Counted from the stretch's first letter, positions 10,500 through 21,837 are shown. The stretch is 64,000 nt of DNA from Motilimonas eburnea (GCF_021295345.1 NZ_JAIMJB010000006.1:25892-89891); one strand, 5' to 3'. Program-made: numbers and translations. The notes: generated by a model from the sequence alone, not told the origin.

Positions 10500-10732
10500 T
10501 AATTAACAACCACTAAATGAAGCAAAAATGATAGTTTTCAACACCAAGAACAACAAGTTCAAAAAGCATGAGTTTGCCTTTACCAAATGTAACAAGCGTC
10601 ACAAAATTGTAAAAAACTTCAAACTAGCGTTTAATCCCTTAGGCATCACATATATCAAATGCGTTAATCCGATTAGGCATTAATGCTGATACAATTAAAA
10701 ATAGCAGCTAAATATTCACCTACATAATAAGG

Positions 10733-11743
10733 CTAGTTACTGCAACACTTGGTTAGCATACTGTAAACATCCGTTGCAATGGTTTGCTTGTCTCCGGCTT
10801 GGCGGGGAAAAATAAACTCTATTTGACTGCATGCCTGTTTATCAATCACCTCGATATGGATTTCGTTATCTATTTGATTCACTTTAATGGCGCCAATTTC
10901 GGTATTGAGTACACCTTTCACTCTCAAGGCATTGAATTGGGCCAACCCCTTCTCTAAACAGCTGCGTTCAAAACACACCGTCTCTGCAAACTGCCAACCT
11001 AGGCTAAAAAAATCATCTGTTGCGGCGGGCGCAGATAATGACAACGGGCCTTCTTTTATTAAGTGAGCCATCCCGCCAACCTGTGGTTCAAAACTGCGGA
11101 TCTGAGTTATCCCTTTGACTTGTTTCAAATTAGCCAAAGGCAGCCAAGCAAGGGGAAGCTGAGCGTGATGAAGAGGGCGAATGGCGGGTGAGTTTACTAA
11201 CTTGAGTTCAGATACTAATACTTCTAAATCAGCCACTTCTTGGTTTAGGTATAAGTCCGCTTTGCTGGCTAAGATAAGATCGGCAATCTCAATTTGCTGT
11301 CGAAAGATGTCATGTTCACGATAGCGCGGCTGACTTAATACTCTGGCATCAACTAAAGTGGTTACCCCCTGTACATCAAGGACTCCTTTGTACTCAGGCT
11401 GTTGTAAAGCAGCAAGGACTTGTTTTGGGTGCCCCAACCCAGTTGGCTCAATAAATAGGCGGTCGGGTTTCATTTTAGTGAGTAATTGATTGAGCGCAAC
11501 CACCATAGGTACACCCGCCGTACAACACATGCAACCACCGGGAACCTGCTGAATGTGAATACTTGTGGTATTACTTTGCTGCGTTTCCAGCAACGCCTTA
11601 TCCAAGCCTATTTCACCAAATTCGTTGACCAATACCGCCCAACGCTCAGTGGCAGGACACTGAGATAGCAAGTGCGCTATCGCACTGGTTTTCCCTGCCC
11701 CTAAAAAGCCACAGATCAAATGGGTTTTTACATTTTTAATCAT
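10733..11743 (-). CDS. COG0523-family (CobW/ZigA/YjiA-like) metal-chaperone GTPase
   Basis: P-loop GFLGAGKTS, CxCC motif GGCMCCTAG and a CobW C-terminal domain. 336 aa. Confidence 0.85.
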   Translation of the reverse strand: MIKNVKTHLICGFLGAGKTSAIAHLLSQCPATERWAVLVNEFGEIGLDKALLETQQSNTTSIHIQQVPGGCMCCTAGVPMVVALNQLLTKMKPDRLFIEPTGLGHPKQVLAALQQPEYKGVLDVQGVTTLVDARVLSQPRYREHDIFRQQIEIADLILASKADLYLNQEVADLEVLVSELKLVNSPAIRPLHHAQLPLAWLPLANLKQVKGITQIRSFEPQVGGMAHLIKEGPLSLSAPAATDDFFSLGWQFAETVCFERSCLEKGLAQFNALRVKGVLNTEIGAIKVNQIDNEIHIEVIDKQACSQIEFIFPRQAGDKQTIATDVYSMLTKCCSN

Positions 11744-11873
11744 GATTTTACGCTCTTGGATTTCAATGGGTTGATTTTACTAAAGAGAAAATCGGTATAT
11801 TTATTTGACTTCAAATCAAGGTGTTTAATAATAGCGCCTAGCCATTTCAATCGTTCAACGACAGGGACAGTTT

Positions 11874-12413
11874 ATGCTGCGAATAATACCCGCTGCTATC
11901 GCTTTGGCCATCATAGATGTGGCTTTATTAAGCGGTAGCTTCTACTTCCAAGGTGCCAGCTTAGCACAAGAGCTTACACTGCAATTTAATCAGACCATGG
12001 AGTCATCGCTGACGGCATTGGGACTGATTTTACAAAATACCTTGCTCGGTGGCGACGAAGTGATGGCTGAAACCATCATTAATGCCATGTTTGATGGCAG
12101 TATGTTGCAAAGTGTGACGCTCAAAGATCTGGACGGTTTAATTGCCTTTAACCGCATGTTTGGTGAGCCGACCGCCAATTATCCTCATTGGTTGGCACAA
12201 CTTTATCCCATTGGCGATCTCAGCCGAGATATGGAAATGACCGATGGCTGGAACATCTTAGGCGATTTATATGTGGCCAGTCACCCGCACCACTTTTATC
12301 AAGCGATGTGGAACGTACTCAGCGATCGCCTTGCGACCCAAGGGACAATAGCGCTCGGCGCTTGGCTATGCCAAGTGATCACTCTTATCTGGCTAGCAAC
12401 AAGGAAACGTTAA
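11874..12413 (+). CDS. LapD/MoxY N-terminal periplasmic domain protein; looks like a LapD truncated right after TM2 (no HAMP-GGDEF-EAL)
   Basis: 179 aa: TM1, a periplasmic domain, TM2, then stop. Closely parallels the LapD N-terminus (LSGSFYF...; ...YPHWLAQLYPIGDLSRDMEMTDGWNILGDLYVASHP...), with the GW of the LapG-binding hairpin conserved. Confidence 0.65.
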   Translation: MLRIIPAAIALAIIDVALLSGSFYFQGASLAQELTLQFNQTMESSLTALGLILQNTLLGGDEVMAETIINAMFDGSMLQSVTLKDLDGLIAFNRMFGEPTANYPHWLAQLYPIGDLSRDMEMTDGWNILGDLYVASHPHHFYQAMWNVLSDRLATQGTIALGAWLCQVITLIWLATRKR

Positions 12414-12415
12414 TC

Positions 12416-13378
12416 ATGCGTAAATCGTTATTTACCTCTTTATACTTTGCAGCTTGTGCGCTTTTAACTAGCCATGTATACGCAGAGCAGATCAAACCTA
12501 AACTGGTGACCATCGCATCAGGCTCGACACAAGGGATCTATTTTCAGGTGGCTTCTGAAATATGTCGCCTCACCAGTGCCAGCAAGGCAGAGCACGGTTA
12601 TCGCTGCGGCGCTATCCCCACCGAAGGTTCGGAAGAAAACTTAACGCTACTACTCGCCGGCGAAGTTGACTTTGCTATCGTCCAATCTGATACCTTGTAT
12701 TTTGCTGCTCAGCAGTACCCAAGCCAATTACAAGCCGTATTGGCAACCCATGCCGAGCCACTGACGATTGTGACGACGCCAGACGCAGAGATCCAGCGTG
12801 CAATGGACTTAAACGGTAAGATACTCAATATCGGCGGCCAAGGCTCCGGCACAAACACCTCATTAAAACGTTTATTAGCCGTCCCAAAATGGGATCAGCA
12901 GCCACAAGTCACCGAAGATAACAATTGGGAAGCCTTTGAAAACCTTTGCTTAGGTGAAATAGACGCGTATGCCGCGATTATCGGCCACCCTAATCGCTTG
13001 GTTAATCGCACCAGTAAACGTTGTGATATCCAGTTTGTGAGTGTGAATAGTCAGGCCTTAGCGGATAGTGAAGGTAACTTGCCTCCTTATCTTATGCCTG
13101 GGCATATTCCTGGCCGGTTGTATCGAGGCAATAAAGAGAAAACCCCAACCATCTCTTTTTCGGCTAACTTAGTCACTCGAAAAGATGTCGACCCTGCTTA
13201 TGTCAAAGCCGTGGCCAAGGCCATCTTTGGTCAAGAAAAGTCATTTGGCAAAAACATCACGGCTTATGCCAATGTATTTAGATCAATTGAAACCATGACA
13301 GGTGATGCGGTGGTGATCCCGCTGCACCCTCAAGTCGAGCAGCTCAAAGCAACAGCCCAAGCGGCTAAAGCAGACTAA
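12416..13378 (+). CDS. TAXI-family (TRAP-associated) periplasmic solute-binding protein, orphan
   Basis: Signal peptide, then ...VTIASGSTQGIYFQVASEICRL....EENLTLLLAGEVDFAIVQSDTLYFAA, typical of TAXI/Imp receptors. The start was chosen at MRKSLFTS rather than the ORF-track start at 12188. Confidence 0.7.
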   Translation: MRKSLFTSLYFAACALLTSHVYAEQIKPKLVTIASGSTQGIYFQVASEICRLTSASKAEHGYRCGAIPTEGSEENLTLLLAGEVDFAIVQSDTLYFAAQQYPSQLQAVLATHAEPLTIVTTPDAEIQRAMDLNGKILNIGGQGSGTNTSLKRLLAVPKWDQQPQVTEDNNWEAFENLCLGEIDAYAAIIGHPNRLVNRTSKRCDIQFVSVNSQALADSEGNLPPYLMPGHIPGRLYRGNKEKTPTISFSANLVTRKDVDPAYVKAVAKAIFGQEKSFGKNITAYANVFRSIETMTGDAVVIPLHPQVEQLKATAQAAKAD

Positions 13379-13410
13379 AAAATAAGGAGGCTTAGCCTCC
13401 TTATTTCATC
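13379..13410. terminator. bidirectional rho-independent terminator between the TAXI gene (+) and the BTLCP gene (-)
   Basis: AAGGAGGCT-TAGCCTCCTT hairpin with A/T runs on both sides. Confidence 0.6.
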
Positions 13411-13478
13411 TAACCACTCATCAAACCAGTTATCAAACCGCTCATAAAACCAAGGGATAGCAAACCTTTGAGAGGGGA

Positions 13479-14177
13479 TTATAAAACGGTACGAGGCGAT
13501 TTTAATTTTTGGCTAGAAAAGCGCGATTTAACACTTTTCCATTCAGAGAGTTTATCTGCGTTACCCACTGGCTCCCCTTTTTTGGCCTTGCCCATTACCC
13601 AAAGGTGCTTGGCATTAAAGCTATAGACAGGGATCAGATCTTTACGCCTTGAAGCGGGTTTAATATCGTACTCTAAGTTATCTAAAATTAATGGGTTGGC
13701 TCTACGGCTAGGGTAATAAGCCAGCACCATATGGAATTGATCATATTTAACGGCCTTAACATACACCAAGCGCAGTTGGTCTTCGCCAACACCTAACTCC
13801 ATTAAGCTGTAATATTTAGCAATAGAATAATCTTCACAGTCACCGCCTTTGGCTCCGACAAATTCTAGCGGCGATGCCCAGTAATCATTTTGCCCCCACA
13901 ACTTTTTATCTTGGGCATAAACCAGCATATTAAAGAAATTATTAATCTCGGTTAGCTTTTGTTTATCGGACATAGATTTAGCATCACGCAAGGTGTTCAC
14001 TAACGCATCTATGCGTTTAATGGCTTTGTCACCATAGGTATCCGCCATTCGTTGTCTAATCGACTGCTGGCTTAAAAACGCTTCTAAATCCGAGGCTTGC
14101 ACAAGGCAAGGGAGTATTAAGCTGACACAAAGGGTCGCTGTGAATAGTAAATTAGTGAGAGGTTTTAACATGGCCAT
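13479..14177 (-). CDS. periplasmic bacterial transglutaminase-like cysteine proteinase (BTLCP), LapG-like
   Basis: Signal peptide plus a ...GGDCEDYSIAKYYSL... Cys motif with downstream His/Asp. 232 aa, matching the LapG/DUF920 size. Confidence 0.8.
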   Translation of the reverse strand: MAMLKPLTNLLFTATLCVSLILPCLVQASDLEAFLSQQSIRQRMADTYGDKAIKRIDALVNTLRDAKSMSDKQKLTEINNFFNMLVYAQDKKLWGQNDYWASPLEFVGAKGGDCEDYSIAKYYSLMELGVGEDQLRLVYVKAVKYDQFHMVLAYYPSRRANPLILDNLEYDIKPASRRKDLIPVYSFNAKHLWVMGKAKKGEPVGNADKLSEWKSVKSRFSSQKLKSPRTVL

Positions 14178-14313
14178 CCTAGCTTAACGGTACGATTAAT
14201 GAGCATTCATCCTTGCTTTACCCCAGCAGCACAGCCTTAACTGCAATCAGCTCAGCACAAAAATCATAGCGTAGAAAGCGTCAACTTTGAATCAAATGTT
14301 TGACCAATGGCAT

Positions 14314-14338
14314 GAAAAAAGCGCCATTTGGCGCTTTC
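14314..14338 (-). terminator. rho-independent terminator downstream of deoD (minus strand)
   Basis: On the minus strand: AAGCGCC-AAA-TGGCGCTT followed by TTTTTTCAT. Confidence 0.6.
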
Positions 14339-14358
14339 AAATTAATCAGATAATAAGC

Positions 14359-15063
14359 TTAGATCAGTGAGTCTAAGGTCATCACTATCATATCGTTAAA
14401 GGTGGTTTGACGCTCATCTGACGTGGTTTGCTCACCGGTGCGGATATGATCCGATACCGTTACCACACACAGGGCATTGGCGCCGTATTCCGCTGCCACG
14501 CCATATAAGCCGGCGGCTTCCATTTCGACCCCTAAAACACCCATTTTTTCCATGTAATCAAACATCTCAGGATCTGGGGTATAGAACAAATCAGCAGAAA
14601 ATACGTTACCGACTTGGACTGGAATATTGGCTTGCTCAGCGGCGTTAACCACCTTGCGTAATAGGCCAAAATCAGCAATCGCGGCAAAGTCATGATCTTT
14701 AAAGCGCATGCGGTTAACTTTAGAGTCGGTACAAGCGCCCATGGCCACGATCACATCGCGCACCTTGATTTTTTCACTCACCGCACCACAACTGCCAACA
14801 CGAATCAGGTTTTTCACCCCGTATTCGGTGATCAGCTCTTTTGCATAAATTGAACAAGAAGGTATGCCCATGCCTGAGCCCATCACAGAAACGCGTTTAC
14901 CTTTGTAAGTCCCAGTAAAACCTAACATGTTGCGCACATCGGTCACTTGAACTGGGTTTTCTAGAAAGGTTTCGGCAATGTATTTGGCGCGCAGTGGATC
15001 GCCTGGAAATAATACCGTTTCGGCAAAGTCGCCTGCTTTTGCATTGATATGTGGAGTAGCCAA
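14359..15063 (-). CDS. deoD: purine nucleoside phosphorylase DeoD-type
   Basis: 234 aa, [34 protein letters not shown]..., a near-canonical DeoD. Confidence 0.92.
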   Translation of the reverse strand: MATPHINAKAGDFAETVLFPGDPLRAKYIAETFLENPVQVTDVRNMLGFTGTYKGKRVSVMGSGMGIPSCSIYAKELITEYGVKNLIRVGSCGAVSEKIKVRDVIVAMGACTDSKVNRMRFKDHDFAAIADFGLLRKVVNAAEQANIPVQVGNVFSADLFYTPDPEMFDYMEKMGVLGVEMEAAGLYGVAAEYGANALCVVTVSDHIRTGEQTTSDERQTTFNDMIVMTLDSLI

Positions 15064-15094
15064 TTTAAATATCCTCGAATTCGTTAAGCAAAAA

Positions 15095-15865
15095 TTAATA
15101 ACCGCTGCTGCTAAGATCGTGCTGCACTTCTAAGGTGGTCAGCAAATCTGCCAGTAGGCTAGACGCGCCAAATCTAAAGTGGGCTGGACTGATCCAGTCT
15201 TGACCCAGAATATCTGTGACTAGGCTTAAGTATTGCTCGGCTTGTGCTGCGGTTTTCACGCCGCCCGCAGGTTTAAAGCCGATATTGATATTGGTATCAC
15301 GGATCACTTCAAGCATCACTTTAGCCGAGGCTAAGGTGGCATTTTCGGCAACCTTGCCGGTGCTGGTTTTAATAAAGTCCGCACCTGCCGCGATGGCAAT
15401 TTCACTGGCTTGCTTAATTAACTCAGGCGACTTGATTTCACCCGTTTCTAAAATCACTTTCAGTAACACGCCCTCGCCGCACGCTTGCTTACACGCTTTC
15501 ACTAGCTCAAAGCCGATGTCTTTATTACCTGCTAAGAATGCACGGTATGGGAACACCACATCCACTTCATCGGCGCCATAAGCCACGGCGGCTTTGGTTT
15601 CGGCGAGTGCAATTTCAATATCATCATTACCGTGGGGAAAGTTAGTCACGGTGGCAATTTTGATGTCGCTCGCCCCAATTTGCTTTAGGGTTTTACGCGC
15701 AATGGGAATAAAACGAGGGTAAATACAAATCGCTGCTGTATTGCCCGCTGGGCTTTTCGCTTGATGACACACCTTGATCACATCGGCATCGGTGTCATTA
15801 TCGTTTAGGGTAGTAAGATCCATTAGTCCCAGCGCGGTGCGCGCGACTGATTTAAGATCTGTCAT
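15095..15865 (-). CDS. deoC: deoxyribose-phosphate aldolase
   Basis: Aligns with E. coli DeoC from MTDLKS... through ...RFGASSLLA. Start chosen at MTDLK; the ORF track extends 9 codons upstream. Confidence 0.92.
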   Translation of the reverse strand: MTDLKSVARTALGLMDLTTLNDNDTDADVIKVCHQAKSPAGNTAAICIYPRFIPIARKTLKQIGASDIKIATVTNFPHGNDDIEIALAETKAAVAYGADEVDVVFPYRAFLAGNKDIGFELVKACKQACGEGVLLKVILETGEIKSPELIKQASEIAIAAGADFIKTSTGKVAENATLASAKVMLEVIRDTNINIGFKPAGGVKTAAQAEQYLSLVTDILGQDWISPAHFRFGASSLLADLLTTLEVQHDLSSSGY

Positions 15866-16227
15866 GTCTCTTCTCCATTCAAAAAAATGCACCTAAGGTG
15901 CAACGCTGACGGACTTGGTTCCTTGAAGACAGTTATCATCAACTGTTGACGTAACTATGCTAGTTTTAAAGCATGTTGTTGAATACGTTGTTAAATCCAT
16001 TTAACCGATCATGATTGATTTGTAAGCCCAATTTGGCTAATACATCTCACTTGTGACAACATAATTAACTCAATACCGGTGATTTCGAAGTTGAAATAAC
16101 TCGACATGAGCCAATAAAAAACACAAGACGCTTACAATAACGCCAGTTGTGAACCGATACAAGGGCGATATTTATGGGATTGATGAACTCTTAATCAAAA
16201 GTGTTCAGGTTTGAATATAGCTCAAAT

Positions 16228-16986
16228 TTAGCGCTGAAATAGGCTTTGACTGGTTTGCCAAATCACCTGTTTGATCTGCTCGGCAGGCTCAGGGCGCAAC
16301 TGGCATAGCGCATCAAATATAAGCGGGATATTTTGCGGGGTATTCACACCACCAGTCTGATTGGCCAATGGCATGTCTGGCGCATCGGTTTCTAGCACTA
16401 AGGCTTCAAGGGGCACGCGTGCTAGCGTGGCACGGGTTTTAGCGGCGCGCTCATAGGTAATGACGCCGCCTATACCTAATTTAAACCCTTTATCAATAAA
16501 GGCCATCGCCATTTCATAGCTGCCGGAAAAAGCATGTAGCACACCGCCATAAGGAAATGACTTTAGCTCGGCCAATAAATTAGAAGCGGTTTTGCGCTGA
16601 TGCAAGATCAAGGGCAGTTGATGTTTTCGCGCTAATGCGATTTGCGCGCGAAACACAAAAAGCTGTAATGCCATAGGAATATCAACGCAGGCATCAAGGC
16701 CGATTTCACCCAAGGCGGCGGGACGTTCCTCGGTTAATCGCCTATCCAGTTGCCCTAAATGGGCTTGTTGAAAGTCAGCCAAAAAATACGGATGTAAACC
16801 TAGAGCATAATCCAGCTGAGGCTGCTGTTTGCATAAGGTTATTAGAGCTGGCCAAGTCGCCGCCTTGACGCCTGGCACCATGATTTTTTGCACACCTAAT
16901 GCAAGTGCCTTGGCTATTTCCTGCTCTCGGCAAGTATCAAATTGGGCAAAATCGAGGTGACAATGGCTGTCCATAAAAGCTGACAT
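16228..16986 (-). CDS. TatD-family metal-dependent hydrolase (YjjV-like)
   Basis: N-terminal DSHCHLD metal-binding motif and TIM-barrel TatD length (252 aa). Confidence 0.8.
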   Translation of the reverse strand: MSAFMDSHCHLDFAQFDTCREQEIAKALALGVQKIMVPGVKAATWPALITLCKQQPQLDYALGLHPYFLADFQQAHLGQLDRRLTEERPAALGEIGLDACVDIPMALQLFVFRAQIALARKHQLPLILHQRKTASNLLAELKSFPYGGVLHAFSGSYEMAMAFIDKGFKLGIGGVITYERAAKTRATLARVPLEALVLETDAPDMPLANQTGGVNTPQNIPLIFDALCQLRPEPAEQIKQVIWQTSQSLFQR

Positions 16987-17093
16987 AAGCTAGCTCGCGA
17001 TTGGGTACTTGGTAACAATAGTACAGACCAAACAACAACGGCGCCATGGGCGCCGCTGTACCTAAACTAAAATACGTAATTAATGGTAAGCCA

Positions 17094-18683
17094 TTAATGC
17101 TCGCGCGTTTTTCTGAAGTTGATATCAGGGTAGCGCTCCATGGCAAGATTTAGGTTCACCATGGTTGGCGCGATATAAGTTAAATTATCGCCGCCATCCA
17201 GAGCAAGGTTGTCATAGGCTTTTTTCTCAAACTCATTCATCTTGGTTTGATTATCGCTTTCAACCCAGCGCGCCGTTGCCACACTGATGCTTTCGTAAAT
17301 GGCCTCTACCTTGTATTCTGCTTTTAAACGGGCAGTCACCACTTCAAACTGCAGCACACCGACCGCACCCACGATCAAGTCGTTGTTACGCAGTGGCCTA
17401 AACACTTGCACCGCACCTTCTTCCGATAACTGAACTAGGCCCTTGAGCAATTGTTTTTGCTTGAGTGGATCTTTTAGGCGAATACGGCGGAACATTTCAG
17501 GCGCAAAGTTAGGAATGCCGCTGAATTTAAGATCTTCACCTTGGGTAAAGGTGTCACCGATTTGGATAGTACCGTGGTTGTGTAAACCGATAATGTCACC
17601 GGCGTAGGCTTCTTCAGCGGCACTGCGATCGCCGGCCATAAAGGTAACCGCATCAGAAATGGTGATGTCTTTACCAATGCGTACATGGCGCATCTTCATG
17701 CTCTTTTCGTATTTGCCTGATACCACACGCATAAAAGCAATACGGTCACGGTGTTTAGGATCCATGTTGGCTTGGATCTTAAATACGAAACCACTGAACT
17801 TCTCTTCTGTCGCCTCGACGTCACGCTCTTGCGTCGCACGTGGCATGGGTGCGGGAGCCCAGTCGGTCAGACCTTCTAGCATATGATCAACACCAAAGTT
17901 GCCTAAAGCGGTACCGAAATAGACAGGCGTTAGCTCACCCGCTAGGAATAATTCTTGGTCGAATTCATGAGCCGCACCTAATACCAGTTCGATCTCTTCG
18001 CGTACCGACTCAGCCAGCACATCACCGATGGCCGCGGTCACTTCATCATTATCGATGCCCTTAATAACACGGCGCTCTTGAATGGTGTGACCTTGACCAG
18101 TTTGATACAAGATCACTTCATCGCGATGAATGTGATACACCCCTTTAAACTCTTTACCACAACCAATCGGCCAAGTGACAGGAGCACACGCCATTTTCAG
18201 CTCGTTTTCAACTTCGTCAAGTAGCTCCATTGGATCACGGGTATCGCGGTCCAACTTGTTCATAAAGGTCACGATAGGTGTGTCGCGTAAACGGGTCACT
18301 TCCATTAACTTACGAGTACGATCCTCAACACCTTTAGCGGCGTCGATGACCATCAAACACGAGTCCACCGCCGTTAACGTACGGTAAGTATCTTCCGAAA
18401 AGTCTTCGTGTCCTGGGGTATCGAGCAGGTTAACCAGACAATCGTTAAACGGAAATTGCATCACAGAGGTGGTGACCGAGATCCCCCGCTCTTTTTCCAT
18501 TTCCATCCAGTCAGATTTAGCGTGCTGGGCACTGCCCTTACCTTTTACACTGCCCGCCGTTTGAATTGCGCGTCCGTGTAACAGGACTTTTTCGGTGATG
18601 GTGGTTTTACCCGCATCCGGGTGCGAGATGATGGCGAAGGTTCTTCGCTTGTTTATTTCACTCAGAAATTGCTTGTCGGCCAT
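17094..18683 (-). CDS. prfC: peptide chain release factor 3 (GTPase)
   Basis: Near-identical conserved blocks to E. coli RF3 ([21 protein letters not shown]..., [16 protein letters not shown], ...[12 protein letters not shown]). Start chosen at MADKQ. Confidence 0.95.
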   Translation of the reverse strand: MADKQFLSEINKRRTFAIISHPDAGKTTITEKVLLHGRAIQTAGSVKGKGSAQHAKSDWMEMEKERGISVTTSVMQFPFNDCLVNLLDTPGHEDFSEDTYRTLTAVDSCLMVIDAAKGVEDRTRKLMEVTRLRDTPIVTFMNKLDRDTRDPMELLDEVENELKMACAPVTWPIGCGKEFKGVYHIHRDEVILYQTGQGHTIQERRVIKGIDNDEVTAAIGDVLAESVREEIELVLGAAHEFDQELFLAGELTPVYFGTALGNFGVDHMLEGLTDWAPAPMPRATQERDVEATEEKFSGFVFKIQANMDPKHRDRIAFMRVVSGKYEKSMKMRHVRIGKDITISDAVTFMAGDRSAAEEAYAGDIIGLHNHGTIQIGDTFTQGEDLKFSGIPNFAPEMFRRIRLKDPLKQKQLLKGLVQLSEEGAVQVFRPLRNNDLIVGAVGVLQFEVVTARLKAEYKVEAIYESISVATARWVESDNQTKMNEFEKKAYDNLALDGGDNLTYIAPTMVNLNLAMERYPDINFRKTREH

Positions 18684-18853
18684 GGAATTGTTCTTTTTTT
18701 GCAACAGATTGAGCCAACGCTAAATGACAACAACAAGCATTTATGGGCTTCAAATCTGTTTTGTTAATCGAAATTGTCGGCTATTTTCGCTTATCTAGCC
18801 TGTATAAACAATCTTACGTTGCAGCAGCCCGCCTTAGGCTCACTGCTTTGGGT

Positions 18854-19897
18854 TTAACTTGTCGCGCGCGAGAGTCGATCGTTAATGGCACGCCACGGGT
18901 CACCTTGAGGCGGTTGCTCAACGATAATTTGCGCAGCACCTTGTTGGTCTACTTGATATAAGGTGACATAAAGCTGCTGACCATATTGCGCGGCCGTTGC
19001 CGGCATCACACGCCATTGCGCGCGCTCGTTGCTCTCTTGTAAATGGCGCTGCGCTTGCTCTGACCAGACTAAAAAGAAACTATTAGCCGCATTCAAGCGC
19101 TCGGCTTGGGCCATGATTTGCTCCGTACTGAGGAGTTTAGCGGGCGTGGTCGGCTGATAATGGGCTTTAACATTGCCCGGCACCACTTCAACATGTTGCG
19201 CTGGTAATAGCACTTCACAACCTAGGGCATCCGTTAATTGCTGTTGGCTGATAGGACCTGCGCGCAATATGCGTGGTTGCTCACTGACTAAATCTAAAAT
19301 GGTGGACTCTAAGCCGTGATCGCAAGCTCCGCCTTCTAACACACCAGCAATACGCCCAGCTAAACCACGCGTGACTTGCTCGGCGATGGTAGGACTAAGC
19401 TGCTTGTAGCGATTAGCCGAGGGCGCGGCCAAACCGCTATCCAGTTTAGTTAACACGGATAAAAATAAGGGATGCGCAGGCACTCGCAAGGCGATGGTGT
19501 CTAAGCCGCCAGTGACACAAGTATCGACATCAGGTGCTTTTTTTAACAGTAAGGTTAATGGTCCCGGCCAAAACTGTTCCGCTAAGGCATAAGCTGACTC
19601 TGGGATATCCATTGCCCAACGAGATAAATGTGATACATCTGGAATGTGCACAATAAGGGGATGGTTTTTGGGTCTGCCTTTAGCGGTGAAGATTTTATCT
19701 ACCGCAGCAGGGTTCGCCGCATCCGCCGCGAGACCATATACCGTTTCTGTAGGTAGTGCGACGCATTCTCCTTGCTGCAACAAACTAACAGCTTGATTTA
19801 CTGCGTCTTCTCCCGTTAATAGGACGGTATTATAGCCTTGGCTCATGTTGGTTTTCTCACGGATAACAAAATTGACAACAGAGATGGCTGAGGGCAT
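18854..19897 (-). CDS. L-threonylcarbamoyladenylate synthase, long Sua5/YwlC type (YrdC domain plus Sua5 C-terminal domain)
   Basis: YrdC-like N-domain (...ECVALPTETVYGLAADAANPAAVDKIFTAKGRPKNHPLIVH...) plus a ~130-aa C-terminal extension. The true start is possibly MSQGYN at 19846. Confidence 0.8.
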   Translation of the reverse strand: MPSAISVVNFVIREKTNMSQGYNTVLLTGEDAVNQAVSLLQQGECVALPTETVYGLAADAANPAAVDKIFTAKGRPKNHPLIVHIPDVSHLSRWAMDIPESAYALAEQFWPGPLTLLLKKAPDVDTCVTGGLDTIALRVPAHPLFLSVLTKLDSGLAAPSANRYKQLSPTIAEQVTRGLAGRIAGVLEGGACDHGLESTILDLVSEQPRILRAGPISQQQLTDALGCEVLLPAQHVEVVPGNVKAHYQPTTPAKLLSTEQIMAQAERLNAANSFFLVWSEQAQRHLQESNERAQWRVMPATAAQYGQQLYVTLYQVDQQGAAQIIVEQPPQGDPWRAINDRLSRATS

Positions 19898-20144
19898 TTA
19901 ATGCGCTAAGCACAATGACACCAACCTCCATCGCAGATTCAAGGGGCGGATTTTACCTGATGTGTGATCAAACTGCACATAGAATGAGCGAGGTCGATAT
20001 AATAAACTCAATCAACCTAGAGGCGTCCAAATTCTTTCATTAGCGAGCCTAGTATTGAAAACTCGGTGTCGCTCTGAAACATACATCTATAAATGGATTG
20101 AGTATAGGTGTGGCCGCAGTGTAAACAGCCACATCATTTGGCAT

Positions 20145-20810
20145 TTACTCGACTAAATAATCTTCGATATCAAAGGCGTGATTCAGTAAGACATTCAGCT
20201 GTTTTTGCTCAGCTGCAAATTGAGGGTGGCGCAACATAGTAATGTAGTTAGGTAATGACTCAGGCGAAGGCACGGTATCTTCGTCATCATCATAGGCAAT
20301 ATCCGCTTTTAAGGTATCAATGCGATCGGGTACCCAGTAATAAGCTGTTTCAACGGTCTCACTATACCCATCAGCCAAGGTTCTTAGGCCTTCCGATAAC
20401 TCAATTAATAACTCTGCATCGATATCTTTTTGTTCGGCAATATCATCGAGCAAATCCGCGCTGATGCAGGCCATGTTGGTGACGCCAAATTCCAGCATTT
20501 GAATAAATTCGGTTGCCGCGATCACCAATAAATTGTACTCACGCTTGGCGGCGAGGCTGTCTGGCATGCCGATATTTCGGGTCACATCATTTAAAATGCG
20601 GGTGCGGATCTGACACAACAGCGTATTCAGCGGCGACACTTGCGCATTATTGCCCCTCAGACTCGCTAAATGCTGTGATAGGGTGAGCGTGCGCTCATCA
20701 ATACGCTTTGTTAGGTTAGCCACTTTGGCCTCAAGCAATTTAATTTGCTCGTCCTTGGCTTTGAGTTGCTCAGCCACTTCATTGGGGTTGGCTAAAGATG
20801 ATGGTTCCAT
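20145..20810 (-). CDS. hypothetical coiled-coil protein
   Basis: 221-aa ORF with an N-terminal heptad-rich segment. No recognised motifs. Confidence 0.45.
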   Translation of the reverse strand: MEPSSLANPNEVAEQLKAKDEQIKLLEAKVANLTKRIDERTLTLSQHLASLRGNNAQVSPLNTLLCQIRTRILNDVTRNIGMPDSLAAKREYNLLVIAATEFIQMLEFGVTNMACISADLLDDIAEQKDIDAELLIELSEGLRTLADGYSETVETAYYWVPDRIDTLKADIAYDDDEDTVPSPESLPNYITMLRHPQFAAEQKQLNVLLNHAFDIEDYLVE

Positions 20811-21162
20811 GCTGTCACTACCTCAACCGCTATGTATCAATTTAAAAATTCAATATATTAAAAGCCTGTGGCGAAAGGCGCCAGCATTATATTACTGTGA
20901 GCAAGGGACTAACGCTCACCCAACGACACACGTTTGATGGTAACTTTGGCAAATAATGGTCGTTTTGGATAGATTGAATGTGAGTTTTTTATGACTGCAT
21001 CATCAAATTAGCAATCCTCAACATACAGCAGCATTAAAAAACATTAAGATGCGCTTTAATGAGGCCCATTAAGCTAAGGTTTAGGCAAGCTCATATAGCC
21101 TAGCCCCCATGATAAAGCCAAACAACCAAGCAATCGGGCCGCAAGATGTACATGAGGCAATT

Positions 21163-21837
21163 ATGAAAATTTTGTTAGTGGAAGATGACCAGATTCTTCG
21201 TCACCATTTAAAAACCCAGTTAGAAGCCATAGGCAATCAGGTTTATGATGCTGAAAACGCCGAAATGGGCGACTATTACGCGCACCAATACCCGATTGAT
21301 GTCGCCATTGTCGACTTAGGGTTACCGGATATGGACGGATTAGAGCTGGTCAAAAAACTACGTCAACAAGAATTAAGCTTTCCTATTCTAATCTTAACGG
21401 CACGTGGCAACTGGCAAGAAAAGGTAGCTGGTTTAGAAGCTGGCGCGGACGACTATGTGGTTAAACCCTTCCAACAAGATGAGCTATGGGCGCGCCTTAA
21501 TGCCTTGGTCAGACGCAGTGCGGGTTTTATCAAGCCACAAATCGAAGCCGGTCCATACCTTCTTGATTTAGCCAAAAAGAGCTTGCAAATTGAACAACAA
21601 GATGTGGAATTGACCGCATTTGAGTATCAAATTCTGGAATACTTAATGCGCAATCATGGTCAGGTGATTTCCAAACAGCAATTACTGGATCAACTCTACA
21701 GCGATAGCGAAGGGGATCCTAACGTGGTAGAAGTCATGGTCAGCCGTCTGCGTAAGAAAATGGACAAGGATGGCAACCTTAAGCCCATTAATACCATTCG
21801 TGGCCAAGGATATATTTTTACTCTGTCATGCAAATAA
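21163..21837 (+). CDS. phoP: OmpR-family response regulator PhoP
   Basis: Receiver domain (MKILLVEDDQ...DVAIVDLGLPDMDG...) plus a winged-helix output domain. Overlaps the phoQ start by 10 bp. Confidence 0.8.
   Translation: MKILLVEDDQILRHHLKTQLEAIGNQVYDAENAEMGDYYAHQYPIDVAIVDLGLPDMDGLELVKKLRQQELSFPILILTARGNWQEKVAGLEAGADDYVVKPFQQDELWARLNALVRRSAGFIKPQIEAGPYLLDLAKKSLQIEQQDVELTAFEYQILEYLMRNHGQVISKQQLLDQLYSDSEGDPNVVEVMVSRLRKKMDKDGNLKPINTIRGQGYIFTLSCK

Noticed and set aside
10744-11873. Looked for a Zur box upstream of the COG0523 GTPase gene.
   Set aside because: I could not identify a convincing GAAATGTTATAWTATAACATTTC-like palindrome by eye in 11744-11873. This is left unresolved rather than claimed.
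12188-12415. ORF-track start of the TAXI gene at 12188, which would overlap the LapD-N ORF by 226 bp in another frame.
   Set aside because: The upstream extension has no signal peptide and reads as out-of-frame noise. A start at MRKSLFTS (12416) gives a canonical signal peptide immediately after the LapD-N stop.
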